The notes under the pieces are model-generated. The model made no database searches, was not told the DNA's origin, and worked only from the letters and a program-made list of their open reading frames with translations. A stretch of DNA of 40,794 bases, taken from a virus. Lineage: Duplodnaviria > Caudoviricetes. Positions within the stretch are counted from its first letter, which is position 1, and every line of letters begins with the position of its first letter. The stretch covers positions 1 to 40,794 of IMG/VR virus record IMGVR_UViG_3300020352_000007; one strand, given 5' to 3'. The translations under genes and the position numbers were made by a program. Shown here piece after piece: positions 7,524-17,416 of the stretch.

Positions 7524-9356
7524 ATGGCATTTCAATTAGTTTCAGATTTCACACATGCGAATCCAAATGCAACTCCTCCAGTAGAAGCTACTAAAGAGAT
7601 TACTGTTAAAGATGAGCTCGGTGAACTTACTACAACAGAATTTAATGCGAACTCAGGTACGTTTAGGGGTTTACCTATTTTAGGATTTCCTCCTAAACCT
7701 CCAGAAAATGCAGATATAAACGCACAATCACATGGCCATACAAACACACAAGGAGAATCAAGCGGTTCTTCAGACAGTATGTACGGAAATGCTGGTGTAG
7801 AAACTAGAACGTATACAGCATTTAAGTCAGTTAGTGGAACAGAAGGCAAGCAAACGACCGAAGATCCAGGTGAAGAAATAAATGCAGGACCTGCTCCTAG
7901 AAGTAAAGTTAATAAATGGGCTTTATTTAAATATTCTAACATTGCAGGTGTTTCTAATCCAGATACAAGAGATTTAACACCTAAATATAATAGAGCTGTT
8001 TTCGCTGGACTAGAACAAAAAATATTAAATCCAACTGCTAGAAATATCATTACATATTCTCAGGAAACTGGAGGACCATGTTTCTCATATAGCGAAAGTG
8101 ATTTTTTACAATGTGAACATTATGGTCAAATATCTAATGACTATTTAATTACTCTTAGAAGATTTGCATATCCAATCGGAGATGATATCATGTACCCTAA
8201 ACAACAAGGTACAAAAGGTGAAATGGTAGATGTCAGTCAACCTGACTTGGCAAGAGCTATTACTTGGATGTCACCTGCACTAGGTAATGATGTAAAAGAG
8301 ATATTGAAATTTAGCACTAAATTACCATGGAAAGATAACGAATCGAAAATTCAAGAAGCTAGTAGTGGAGATGGAAATAGAGGTGAATTAGGAGATGCTA
8401 TTGATAGTAATCCTTTGGCATCTGCAGTAGAGTCAGGTTTAAATGGATATAGTTCATATGCAGCTGCTGATAAAAGAAAAAGAGGTGCATATGATCCAAT
8501 GTCGGCAACATATCCAAATGCTGTATTTGGGCCTTTAAATATAATAAAACGAGTTTTCGCCAGAGAAGCTGGTTTAGAGTTCAGTCAGGATTTTAAATTA
8601 ACATTTCATTATGACTTAACTTCATACAATAACACATCTCCTAAAGTGGCGTTCATGGACACGCTATCAAATATTCTTGCACTTACATATAATACTGCAC
8701 CGTTTTGGGGAGGAGCTGCTAGATATAGTGGTAATGGAAAGACAGGTAAGCCGTTTGGTGATATTAATAAATTAAAGAGTGGAGATTACGCTGGATATTT
8801 TGGATCTATTGCAGATACACTAATGAGTATGGGTGGAAATTTCTTAGATCAATTAAAAGCAACCGCAGGTAATGTAGCTAAAGGTGAGGGAATTAACAAA
8901 ATAATGGGTGATTCTTCAATTTTAGAAAACATAGTCGGTGGAGGATTAATGAAAAAATTAGGCGGGCCACAAGGTGGATCTATTATAGCTGCATTTTTAT
9001 CAGGTGATCCAACGGGTCAATGGCACGTGACTATAGGTAATCCAATGAATCCAATAATGGTATGTGGTAATTTATGCTTAGAAGATAGTAACGTAACTTT
9101 CGAAGGACCTTTAGGCTATGAAGGATTTCCTAGTAAAATGAAAGTTGAAATTACGCTAAAACCCGGTAGACCTAGAGATAAAGGTGAAATTGAATCTATG
9201 TTTAACGCAGGTAGAGGCAGAATGTATTTACAACCAGATGTTGAGAACGCAGTAGATATCGATGCTATTTACGACGTATCAGCTTATGGTAATAAAGATA
9301 GAAGAAACTTCACAGCAGGTTTCGCACAAAAATTATCAGATATGAACGCAGGCTAA
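7524..9356 (+). CDS. Putative baseplate tube-initiator / tail-tube-fold protein (gp48/gp54-like)
   Basis: Lies directly before the LysM/gp53-like gene. Tube-fold-like strands FSQDFKLTFHY and GNLCLEDSNVTFEGPL..EGFPSKMKVEITLKP. Confidence 0.5.
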   Translation: MAFQLVSDFTHANPNATPPVEATKEITVKDELGELTTTEFNANSGTFRGLPILGFPPKPPENADINAQSHGHTNTQGESSGSSDSMYGNAGVETRTYTAFKSVSGTEGKQTTEDPGEEINAGPAPRSKVNKWALFKYSNIAGVSNPDTRDLTPKYNRAVFAGLEQKILNPTARNIITYSQETGGPCFSYSESDFLQCEHYGQISNDYLITLRRFAYPIGDDIMYPKQQGTKGEMVDVSQPDLARAITWMSPALGNDVKEILKFSTKLPWKDNESKIQEASSGDGNRGELGDAIDSNPLASAVESGLNGYSSYAAADKRKRGAYDPMSATYPNAVFGPLNIIKRVFAREAGLEFSQDFKLTFHYDLTSYNNTSPKVAFMDTLSNILALTYNTAPFWGGAARYSGNGKTGKPFGDINKLKSGDYAGYFGSIADTLMSMGGNFLDQLKATAGNVAKGEGINKIMGDSSILENIVGGGLMKKLGGPQGGSIIAAFLSGDPTGQWHVTIGNPMNPIMVCGNLCLEDSNVTFEGPLGYEGFPSKMKVEITLKPGRPRDKGEIESMFNAGRGRMYLQPDVENAVDIDAIYDVSAYGNKDRRNFTAGFAQKLSDMNAG

Positions 9357-10150
9357 TGGATTTTAAAAGTTTATCAAATAAAAACAACGATACGTCAAAA
9401 TTAATAATGACGCAACCGACTATGATGTTTTTTGATTTAGAAGGTGCAAGAAAAATCTACTATAAATCACACGTAGTTAAAGAGGACGAAATAGTAAGAC
9501 CAGATCTTATAGCGTTAGAATGCTATAATGATGAATCTTATCTTGACATAATTTTAAAATTTAATGGAATTTCTGATCCTTTTTCTATTATGCCAGGCGA
9601 AACTATATTGATTCCAATACAAAGTATAAAATATTATACACTAGATCGCCCAGTTAACTATGAAGACAATCCTATTAAAAATCAATTTATAGACACTAAA
9701 AGATTATCTAAAAAAGATTCTAGAAGATTAGACGCATTAAAAAAGAAATACAATAAAGAAAATTTATTACCTCCAAACGTTATTCCAGTAGGGAAGAAAA
9801 ACTTTGAATATGATGGTGGTATGATTAGATTCGGTGCACAAGTTCAAACTGATGCAGTTGTAGATTCTATTTTAAAAGAAATCAGTGATGATCCTAATAA
9901 ATATGGAAATAGAACAGAAAACGTTCCAGTAGACGATAGTTTTGCAGAGGTAAATACAAGTGATGATCTTTCAGATAAAGAATTAGAGGATGCATTGAAC
10001 AACAATAATGACAAACGTGGTAAAACTGAAGCTGATAAGACAAAATCAGATAAAGCCGACGGTGTTGGAGGTAAACAAGGAGATGGAACTGCACCTAAAG
10101 GCACAGATAATTTAGACGATTTAACAACCGAAGGACCTTGTTCTAAATAA
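9356..10150 (+). CDS. Baseplate wedge protein, LysM-like (T4 gp53 / P2 gpX-like)
   Basis: HVVKEDEIVRPDLIALECYNDESYLDIILKFNGISDPFSIMPGETILIP. TAATG overlap with the previous gene. Confidence 0.8.
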   Translation: MDFKSLSNKNNDTSKLIMTQPTMMFFDLEGARKIYYKSHVVKEDEIVRPDLIALECYNDESYLDIILKFNGISDPFSIMPGETILIPIQSIKYYTLDRPVNYEDNPIKNQFIDTKRLSKKDSRRLDALKKKYNKENLLPPNVIPVGKKNFEYDGGMIRFGAQVQTDAVVDSILKEISDDPNKYGNRTENVPVDDSFAEVNTSDDLSDKELEDALNNNNDKRGKTEADKTKSDKADGVGGKQGDGTAPKGTDNLDDLTTEGPCSK

Positions 10151-10156
10151 TAAACA

Positions 10157-12151
10157 ATGGCTGAATTAGAAAATAACATATTAGCGGTAGTAGAACCGGC
10201 AATTATGCCTACTAAAATAGAAATCGATTCTGTTAAAGAAGAGGGCGGAGATGCACCAAAACAATCCAAATCTTTTGGAACTATGGTACCTTTTATCTTG
10301 GTAAATAATTATCAATTTAGGCCAGCAGATGTTGTTTCTTTTAAATTAGATTTAAGTGGTATTTTACCAAGTTGTACAATTTCAGTATATGACACAAACG
10401 CTAAATTCGCAGTTACTGAATACCCCAGGGATGGAGATTACTTTACTATTTTAATTAATTCAAAAAACCAAGAGACATTTAAATCTGTTCACATGGATTT
10501 TGATATTATTTCTGTAACATCTTCTGACTCTGGTGGAAAAAGTGTATTAAATTTGGTAGGAATGTCTAAAATTCCAAAGTGGATGTCTGAAGATTGTAAA
10601 AATTTAGATTCAGATACTTCGTTGAATCATATAGAACTATTGGCTAGAGAATTAGAATTGGGTTTGGCAACAAACATAGATGCGACTGACGATGCTCAGC
10701 CTAGAATTATGCCATATACGACATATTCTGACTTCATTAAAACAATAGTAAGCGATAGCTATATAAGTGAAGATTCCTTTCAAAAATACTTTGTAGACCA
10801 ATACTACTATTTTAATTATATTGATATTAATAAAATATTTAATTCCCCCAGCCCTCCGATTTCTGAATGGGCAGATTCTTTAGCTTCTTTTGCATCTTCA
10901 ATATCTACAGATACTAATACAGAACACCCAGAAGGCGATAACGCAAAAGTTCCGTTACTATTAACTAATCATGTTAATTTACAGGGAATGAATTTGTTTG
11001 TAGAAAAACAAGAAATTATTAATAATTCTATGTCTGTGAGTTTGTCTTCTGGATATAAAAGAACTGTCATGATATATGATAATAATTCCGACGGAGCCGA
11101 AAGAAAACAAGAATTTACAATAGAAGCACTATCTTCGGAAAACTTAAGAGATTCTGAAGAGCCTATGAAAGGTAATAGAAATGAGACTAGGTATGAAGAT
11201 GAAGTAAAATTTAAATATTTAGGTAGGCAGAATGCAGGAGAAGACGGTTTAGGAAACACACATTCAAATGCTTCGTTCTCTAAATTACACAATATACAAA
11301 ACAAACTAGAGATAGAAAAAATGAAATTAAAGGTGACTTTAAATTCATTTAACCCTTCTTTCTATAAGTTTCAAAAGATTCCAGTTTTATTATATCACTA
11401 TGATAAGAAAAAGATAATGCAAGCTTTACAACAAAAAGTAAAAGCAGAAGAAGCTGGTTTAACTGATACTCCTTTTGATTTAACTAGTGGAGATCTAGAT
11501 AGCGAAGGTTTACCTCAACAGGCAGTTGACTCTTTTTTATCAGGTTATTATATTATAGAGAATATAATTTATGAGTTTGATGCTGAATCTAATAACACAA
11601 AACAGGTCATGACACTTTTAAGGAGGGAATGGCCAACTAGAATGGATGCACTCGTAAATCCACCCGAAGGTGGTGAATTTGAGCCAGAATCTGGTGAAAC
11701 TGTAGTAGAAAATGATCCGGCTCCTGAACCACCGCCAGAACCAACACCAACTCCAGAGCCAGAACCAACACCAACTCCAACGCCAACTCCAGAGCCAGAA
11801 GAATTAGAAATAACTATAAACATAAATGGAGATGGATCTACTTTCATGCAGGATGATACTAATATTTTAGCTATTTCAGAAAATAAATATTTTGAGTGTA
11901 CAGGAACATGGACACAGAATAGAGATTTCGAAGGATTTGAAGCGGCTGAAATAGAATTTGAAGGTGTAATGGAAGGAGATTATGGAGAGTATTCATATCC
12001 AAACATAACACCTAAAAAAGACGGTACATGGAAATTTGAGTCGCCGCCAACAGTGTATGACGAAGATTTGTATATAGTTAATGTTAGATTTAAAGCAGAA
12101 GGTAAATGGTTCAATGCTACTAAGGCTGAAATTAATCTAGATTTAATATAA
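10157..12151 (+). CDS. Putative baseplate hub protein (gp27/gpD-like) with Pro-Thr linker and appended C-terminal beta domain
   Basis: Sits between wedge and spike genes. LSGYYIIENIIYEF...QVMTLLRRE resembles the hub C-terminal SG.Y.I..I.H motif, followed by a PEPTPT linker. Confidence 0.6.
   Translation: MAELENNILAVVEPAIMPTKIEIDSVKEEGGDAPKQSKSFGTMVPFILVNNYQFRPADVVSFKLDLSGILPSCTISVYDTNAKFAVTEYPRDGDYFTILINSKNQETFKSVHMDFDIISVTSSDSGGKSVLNLVGMSKIPKWMSEDCKNLDSDTSLNHIELLARELELGLATNIDATDDAQPRIMPYTTYSDFIKTIVSDSYISEDSFQKYFVDQYYYFNYIDINKIFNSPSPPISEWADSLASFASSISTDTNTEHPEGDNAKVPLLLTNHVNLQGMNLFVEKQEIINNSMSVSLSSGYKRTVMIYDNNSDGAERKQEFTIEALSSENLRDSEEPMKGNRNETRYEDEVKFKYLGRQNAGEDGLGNTHSNASFSKLHNIQNKLEIEKMKLKVTLNSFNPSFYKFQKIPVLLYHYDKKKIMQALQQKVKAEEAGLTDTPFDLTSGDLDSEGLPQQAVDSFLSGYYIIENIIYEFDAESNNTKQVMTLLRREWPTRMDALVNPPEGGEFEPESGETVVENDPAPEPPPEPTPTPEPEPTPTPTPTPEPEELEITININGDGSTFMQDDTNILAISENKYFECTGTWTQNRDFEGFEAAEIEFEGVMEGDYGEYSYPNITPKKDGTWKFESPPTVYDEDLYIVNVRFKAEGKWFNATKAEINLDLI
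11717..11800 (+). repeat. Pro/Thr/Glu linker repeat (PAPEPPPEPTPTPEPEPTPTPTPTPEPE)
   Basis: ccaaca/ccaact/ccagaa hexamer repeats. Confidence 0.9.
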
Positions 12152-12190
12152 CTTACTAACACGCAACAATAAAATATGAATATATAATTT

Positions 12191-13630
12191 ATGGCAGATT
12201 TTAAAACTACTAGAGAATTTAGAAAAGGCGCTACTTTAAGAAAGATTAGCGAGGATCCCACGCGCCTGAGTTTCTTTTTCTTATTTAATTTTAATGATGC
12301 ACATCATTCTCCATTGTTGGCGCCTATTGATAAACCAGGCTCGGCAGGTTATTATTTAAAAAACTTTGTAGATAAAGAAGCAGGTACAAGACATCATGAA
12401 CATTTAGCTAATTTTCAAAAGATATTGAAAAAAGTTAACACTGAACTTCCTTGGTTTTGGAATTCTATTTCAGGGTTGGAATTAACTAAGCAGTATAATA
12501 AAATGGAGGATCCATGGAGGGGCGCTGAAAAACCTAAAATAACAATTAACTGTTTAGAAGAAAATGTAGAATTAACCGCTACTGCTTTAATGGGACTATA
12601 TAAAAAAGCAGCCTATGATTTTAATAGATGGATAGAGGTTTTACCTCATAACTTAAGAATGTTTGAAGTTATTGTTTTTGTAACAGAAGTTAGAACATTT
12701 CAACAAGATACAAAAGCAAGGGATCTTAATTGGAACGATAAGGCTATGAGAGGTGCAAAGGAATCCAGTAGTTTTACTTTTAAAAAATCATCTGCTGATA
12801 AAAAACCAAAAGGCCCACATGCCAGTGAATTTGATGGAGATTTGGCTAAACAATTCTCATTGACTGCTAAACCTATAATATCTACTAAACTGAGTCACTG
12901 TGAATTTGATATAGATTCTACTAATGAAGTTTTTGCAGATTTAAGTAAAAATCCAGAATTAATTAAACCTAAAATTAGCTTTTTTTGGAAACACGCAGAA
13001 GAATTACATGCGCATTACGGTCAAAGTATACGCCAAGAAATAGATGATACTCCTTTGGGTAATGCAATACCCAAAGACGGTCTTTATCCAGACAAAGCGT
13101 TCGATCCACTTGGAGATATTGCTGATGCCGCTGTAGGATTTGCAGAAGGAGCAATAGATGCAGTTTCAAATAGAGTTAATAATATTATAGGTAGTTTTCA
13201 AAATAATAGTGAAATAGGAAACGTATATGGACAAACTTTAGGTGGTCCAATAGGTAATCTAGTCGACGGTGCAGTTGATAATGTTTTAGGTTCATTGCTT
13301 TTAGGTAATGTACACGGTGTCAATGCACTGAGTAGTATTCAAGATGCAATTACGGCTGGAAGTGTAAACGCTATAGCGAATTTAGCTGGACAATTATTCA
13401 CACAAGCTCAAGGTGGAATAAACAGTGCAAATAACGATAGTATTAAACCAGAAACAGTATACGATATTACAAACACTGGTGTTCTAGGTGAAAGTAATCA
13501 AAAAATAACACCCCCTACTGTATATGAAGAAGTTCCGGAACAAGCGCCAACTGGAATCACAGAACGTGTATATGAACCTGGCGTAGATTCAACACCTGAC
13601 GGTAATTTAAACAGTAACGTCCATGAATAA
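12191..13630 (+). CDS. Putative tail-tube-fold structural protein (gp19/gp54-like) with low-complexity C-terminal extension
   Basis: WFWNSISGLE, KITINCLEE and ...LRMFEVIVFVTE pattern plus its position in the baseplate cluster. The C-terminus is G/A/N-rich with GNV[YH]G repeats. Confidence 0.45.
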   Translation: MADFKTTREFRKGATLRKISEDPTRLSFFFLFNFNDAHHSPLLAPIDKPGSAGYYLKNFVDKEAGTRHHEHLANFQKILKKVNTELPWFWNSISGLELTKQYNKMEDPWRGAEKPKITINCLEENVELTATALMGLYKKAAYDFNRWIEVLPHNLRMFEVIVFVTEVRTFQQDTKARDLNWNDKAMRGAKESSSFTFKKSSADKKPKGPHASEFDGDLAKQFSLTAKPIISTKLSHCEFDIDSTNEVFADLSKNPELIKPKISFFWKHAEELHAHYGQSIRQEIDDTPLGNAIPKDGLYPDKAFDPLGDIADAAVGFAEGAIDAVSNRVNNIIGSFQNNSEIGNVYGQTLGGPIGNLVDGAVDNVLGSLLLGNVHGVNALSSIQDAITAGSVNAIANLAGQLFTQAQGGINSANNDSIKPETVYDITNTGVLGESNQKITPPTVYEEVPEQAPTGITERVYEPGVDSTPDGNLNSNVHE

Positions 13631-14336
13631 TGAATTAATAAATGATAATATTAGAGAAACACATTGGTTAGGAGAAGTCGTAGTTAATGAAGATCCTCTT
13701 TTACAGGGTAGAGTTAGAGTTAAAGTGTTTGGTAAATTTGATAAATTACCGGATGATGCTATTCCATGGGCGACTCCTATGAATAGAGATCAAGTTGGCG
13801 CACATTCAGTCCCGAGAGTTGGTGATATAGTTGCAGTTAGATTTGACAATGGAAATATTTATCACCCAGAATATTGGTTTCAAGTTGATCAAAATGATGA
13901 TTTAAAAACAGACATATTGGAATCTTCTGATGCACCTCATGATGTTATTAGTTTAGTTTATGATGCTGAAAGAAATTTAAGAATTTATCATTCTCCTGAA
14001 GATGGCTTAGTTATCACAAGGGGTTCAGGTATGAAAGAAAGACCAATGATGCAAATAGATGAAGAAGGATTTATCAAGATAAGTACAGATGCAAAGATGT
14101 TCTTAGACTGTGGTGATATTTTTATATCAAATAGTGGTGAACCTGGACAAGATGAAAGTCAACCTGCAGTGAGAGGCCAATCTTTACAAGATTGGTTACA
14201 AATGTGGCTGGACGATTACAATGGGCATATTCACCCAACGGGAGTTGGTCCTTCCGGAGCTCCAATGCCACCTACACCAGTCGTAGTGGGCAAACTAAAA
14301 AGTACTCATATTAATTATCAACAAAGAAATAAATAA
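13623..14336 (+). CDS. Baseplate central spike (gp5/gpV/Vgr OB-fold) with C-terminal HxH apex motif
   Basis: GEVVVNEDPLLQGRVRVKVFG...IPWA.P...VPRVGDIVAVRFDNGNIYHP and terminal YNGHIHPTGVGPSG. Confidence 0.88.
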   Translation: MNNELINDNIRETHWLGEVVVNEDPLLQGRVRVKVFGKFDKLPDDAIPWATPMNRDQVGAHSVPRVGDIVAVRFDNGNIYHPEYWFQVDQNDDLKTDILESSDAPHDVISLVYDAERNLRIYHSPEDGLVITRGSGMKERPMMQIDEEGFIKISTDAKMFLDCGDIFISNSGEPGQDESQPAVRGQSLQDWLQMWLDDYNGHIHPTGVGPSGAPMPPTPVVVGKLKSTHINYQQRNK

Positions 14337-14338
14337 TT

Positions 14339-16081
14339 ATGCCTGCATTATGGCCACAATTTATTGCTAATGTAAGTAGCGAAATCACAAGCCAAGGTTT
14401 TACAAACCCTGGTAGTATGCCTCCGCGAGAAGACATCGACTCAAAAAATCCAAACTTTCAAATACCAGTATATGTGCCGCTTGTGACACCAAGTGGAAGA
14501 AGAGACTTTGGAGAAATGGTTGCCAAAGAATACATAGCTGCTGTTAAGTCTGCTGCAATGACACATGTAGGAGCAATACATACTAACAATCCAGCAGCAG
14601 AACAAATATTAATCAAAGGTTACGGCGAAGCTTTCGAAAGGCTTTACAGACATCACGATATAGATTTTCAAGATACTAAAGATAAAGATGGAAACATCAT
14701 TAAGATGGGTAAAGAATCACACCCAGCATATGCTGATTTTTGTCCTGATCCAATAGAAGAACCAGATCCAATAGAAGAACAAAATAAACAAAATAAAAAG
14801 TTTGAGGCATTTATTCATGAAAAGAAAACAGATTCTTATTGGGATTTATATAAATTTAAATTCTTTCAATTTCCATGTATAAGTGGAGAAGAAACACAAG
14901 AAGAATTAGAAAAGCTTTTTGCGTCTAGGCTATTACAACAATTTCAAAAAATTACAAGTGGAAATGTTAGATGGGAATTCTATATTTGGATATCTTGTTT
15001 AGGTGCTGAAAATTATAGAAACAGTAGTGGATTTGGCGGAGGTTGGTCAGGTTTGCCGTATCCTAACATCAATAACAGGGTAAGATCAGATGTCGAATCT
15101 GCTGGTTACAATTGGCAAAATTTAGCAGATAATGTAAGTAAACTATGTGTAGACGCTATTAATTTAGCTCATCCAGCAGATGAAGAAGATAATTGGTCTT
15201 TTTTTAATTCAAATGCATTAAGACAGCGAATTAAAAAAGAAGCAACCAATGAAATAGTATTACCTTCAGAATTAGAATGTCCGTTAAACGAATGGAAAAT
15301 TCAAGTGGCGTATGATTTTGAACATGATCCACCTGAATATCCAAGCGATAAACCTAAAATATTAACGTCTAACGTGATTGCTACGTTTACATGGTACCCA
15401 GGAATAAGAACTGGATCATTTAGTGCAAACGCAGATGGAATAGTATACAATGCACCTAAGTTTATTAAAAGTACAAACTGGGTTAAAAATAAATTTGAGC
15501 AAAATGAGTGGGAACAAAAATGGAGAAAAGTACCTGAAAACAAATTACGACAAGCTGGAAATTCTCAAAACCCACAAGCAGCACTTTTAAAAATTGATCC
15601 AAAGTCAGGAGGTACTATTTTTAAATTTCAAATGTGGCAAGCATTAAAAGAAAAAGAAGCTGCAGATTTATGTGATGAGAATGAACCAGATGCAGATTTA
15701 CCATTTTCGTTCGCAGAAGGAGATCCTTATTTAGAAATGGGAGCAATAACAATTGCGTATTGGTATGCATGTATAGTTAAACCATTTGCTCCTACTACTT
15801 CTGCTCCGCCAGCACTGATACCGCCACCGTTAACTGGAATTTATATTCCAATATATTATGGAAGTGCTAAAAGATTGGGTAACAATTTAAGAAAGGCGTG
15901 GAATACAGGTAAAACATTTAGTGTATTGCCAGCTACTCAACCACCAGCAGTTGCAGTATCAACGGCAGTCGCTGCGTGTTATGCATTACATCTATTAGAA
16001 TTTAAATTATTGTATTTAGGTGGAATTCCAACACCAGCAGGTCCAGTACCAATGGTCGGTTTCGTACCTGTCGTGTTCTAA
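14339..16081 (+). CDS. Hypothetical spike-adjacent structural protein
   Basis: 580-aa ORF 2 nt after the spike gene, with a Pro-rich hydrophobic C-terminus. Confidence 0.7.
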   Translation: MPALWPQFIANVSSEITSQGFTNPGSMPPREDIDSKNPNFQIPVYVPLVTPSGRRDFGEMVAKEYIAAVKSAAMTHVGAIHTNNPAAEQILIKGYGEAFERLYRHHDIDFQDTKDKDGNIIKMGKESHPAYADFCPDPIEEPDPIEEQNKQNKKFEAFIHEKKTDSYWDLYKFKFFQFPCISGEETQEELEKLFASRLLQQFQKITSGNVRWEFYIWISCLGAENYRNSSGFGGGWSGLPYPNINNRVRSDVESAGYNWQNLADNVSKLCVDAINLAHPADEEDNWSFFNSNALRQRIKKEATNEIVLPSELECPLNEWKIQVAYDFEHDPPEYPSDKPKILTSNVIATFTWYPGIRTGSFSANADGIVYNAPKFIKSTNWVKNKFEQNEWEQKWRKVPENKLRQAGNSQNPQAALLKIDPKSGGTIFKFQMWQALKEKEAADLCDENEPDADLPFSFAEGDPYLEMGAITIAYWYACIVKPFAPTTSAPPALIPPPLTGIYIPIYYGSAKRLGNNLRKAWNTGKTFSVLPATQPPAVAVSTAVAACYALHLLEFKLLYLGGIPTPAGPVPMVGFVPVVF

Positions 16082-16091
16082 AAAGTAGAAG

Positions 16092-16099
16092 GATATATA
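16092..16099 (+). promoter_or_regulatory. GATATATA motif upstream of the bS1 gene
   Basis: Exact motif inside a weak hairpin closed by AAAAGT (16081-16086) / ACTTTT (16109-16114). Confidence 0.5.
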
Positions 16100-16126
16100 A
16101 TATGTTACACTTTTAATATAAAAAAA

Positions 16127-17404
16127 ATGATTGATAAAAACAAGCGCAAAAGAATCGGTGATACTGTGGTCGATTTAAAAGAAAAAACAGCAGAGAAGGA
16201 AACAATTCAAGAAGTAAAGGAAGAGTCTACTCAAGACAATTGGTTAGATGAGAATGGTGATTTTATGTGGGAGGCATATGAAAGCACATGTATAACCAGA
16301 AATAGAAAACCAAACCCACACGTTAAGACTAAAAAAGGAGATAAAGTTTATTCTCGAGAGCCTTATGCTCAAGAGCTTTATGATAAAATGTATGAAATTG
16401 AATCTACTAATAAATTCATACCTGATGTTAATAACGGACAAATTTTAGATGGTGTAATATATGGAGTTTCTTCAGACTACATTACAGTAGATGTTGGATA
16501 TAGACAATTAGTTTATGTCAAATACGATAAAGAACCTGTTGAAGTACAAGCATTAAAACCAGGAGAAGAAACAGCGGTGTTAATTACACAAGACGATAGT
16601 GGAAATCTTATTACTGGAACCATTAACGGCGGTGTTAAACACAAGGTGTTTATGGACCTTAGAGATGGTGTGGAATCAGGGAATACTGCATGGGTAGGAG
16701 TTGTTAAGAATATGATAGAAAATGGAGGTTATATAGTTAACGTTCAAGGAATAGATTGTTTTATGCCAGGTTCTCTAGCGGGCATTAATAAACTATCTGA
16801 TTTTAGTTCAATTATAGGCACAGAGATGTATGTTGTTCCTGTAAGTTTTTCACCAGATAGAGGTACGTTAGTAGTTTCTCATAGGAAATATCTACAAGCT
16901 TTAATACCTAACGCAATTCGCGATCTTAAAGAAGACATGTCAGTAGAAAAAACAGGGAAAGTAACAGGTACTGCTAAGTACGGAATATTTGTCGAATTTG
17001 ATCAATGTTTAACTGGTATGATTCACACTAATGATTTAGATTCTAATACATCTGCTTTATTTAAAGCTCGTGAAATTAAACCAGGTTATGAAATTTCTTT
17101 TAAAGTTAAAGATATTGTTAGTGATACAAAAATAACATTAACACAAAAAACAAATACTGAAGTAAACCCATGGGCTGATATTACTACAAGATATCAAATA
17201 CCATCAGTCGTTGAGGCTGTCGTAAAATCTAAAAAAGATTATGGTTTGTTCATTAATATTGAAGATGGTGTTACAGGTTTACTACACATTAGTGAAATTG
17301 GAGGAGAAACAATGTCATTATTTAATAACGGAGATAAGATCACTGTTCAAATTAATAGAATCGATGTAGAGAGCATGAAGGTGTTTCTTAAAATGCCTGA
17401 ATAA
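16127..17404 (+). CDS. rpsA: Phage-encoded 30S ribosomal protein bS1 homolog (four S1 OB domains)
   Basis: S1 repeats GQILDGVIYGVSSDYITVDVG, GGYIVNVQGIDCFMPGS..VVSHR, GKVTGTAKYGIFVEF..TGMIH and VKSKKDYGLFINIEDGVTGLLHISEI. Confidence 0.9.
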   Translation: MIDKNKRKRIGDTVVDLKEKTAEKETIQEVKEESTQDNWLDENGDFMWEAYESTCITRNRKPNPHVKTKKGDKVYSREPYAQELYDKMYEIESTNKFIPDVNNGQILDGVIYGVSSDYITVDVGYRQLVYVKYDKEPVEVQALKPGEETAVLITQDDSGNLITGTINGGVKHKVFMDLRDGVESGNTAWVGVVKNMIENGGYIVNVQGIDCFMPGSLAGINKLSDFSSIIGTEMYVVPVSFSPDRGTLVVSHRKYLQALIPNAIRDLKEDMSVEKTGKVTGTAKYGIFVEFDQCLTGMIHTNDLDSNTSALFKAREIKPGYEISFKVKDIVSDTKITLTQKTNTEVNPWADITTRYQIPSVVEAVVKSKKDYGLFINIEDGVTGLLHISEIGGETMSLFNNGDKITVQINRIDVESMKVFLKMPE

Positions 17405-17416
17405 CTATTGCAAATT

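Noticed and set aside
16102-16116. Tiny upstream ORF (MLHF*) before the bS1 gene
   Set aside because: A four-codon ORF is expected by chance in AT-rich DNA, and nothing else supports its translation.
16127-17404. Cellular rpsA locus indicating a host chromosome
   Set aside because: There are no cmk, ihfB or other housekeeping neighbours. The gene is divergent, shortened and flanked by virion genes.
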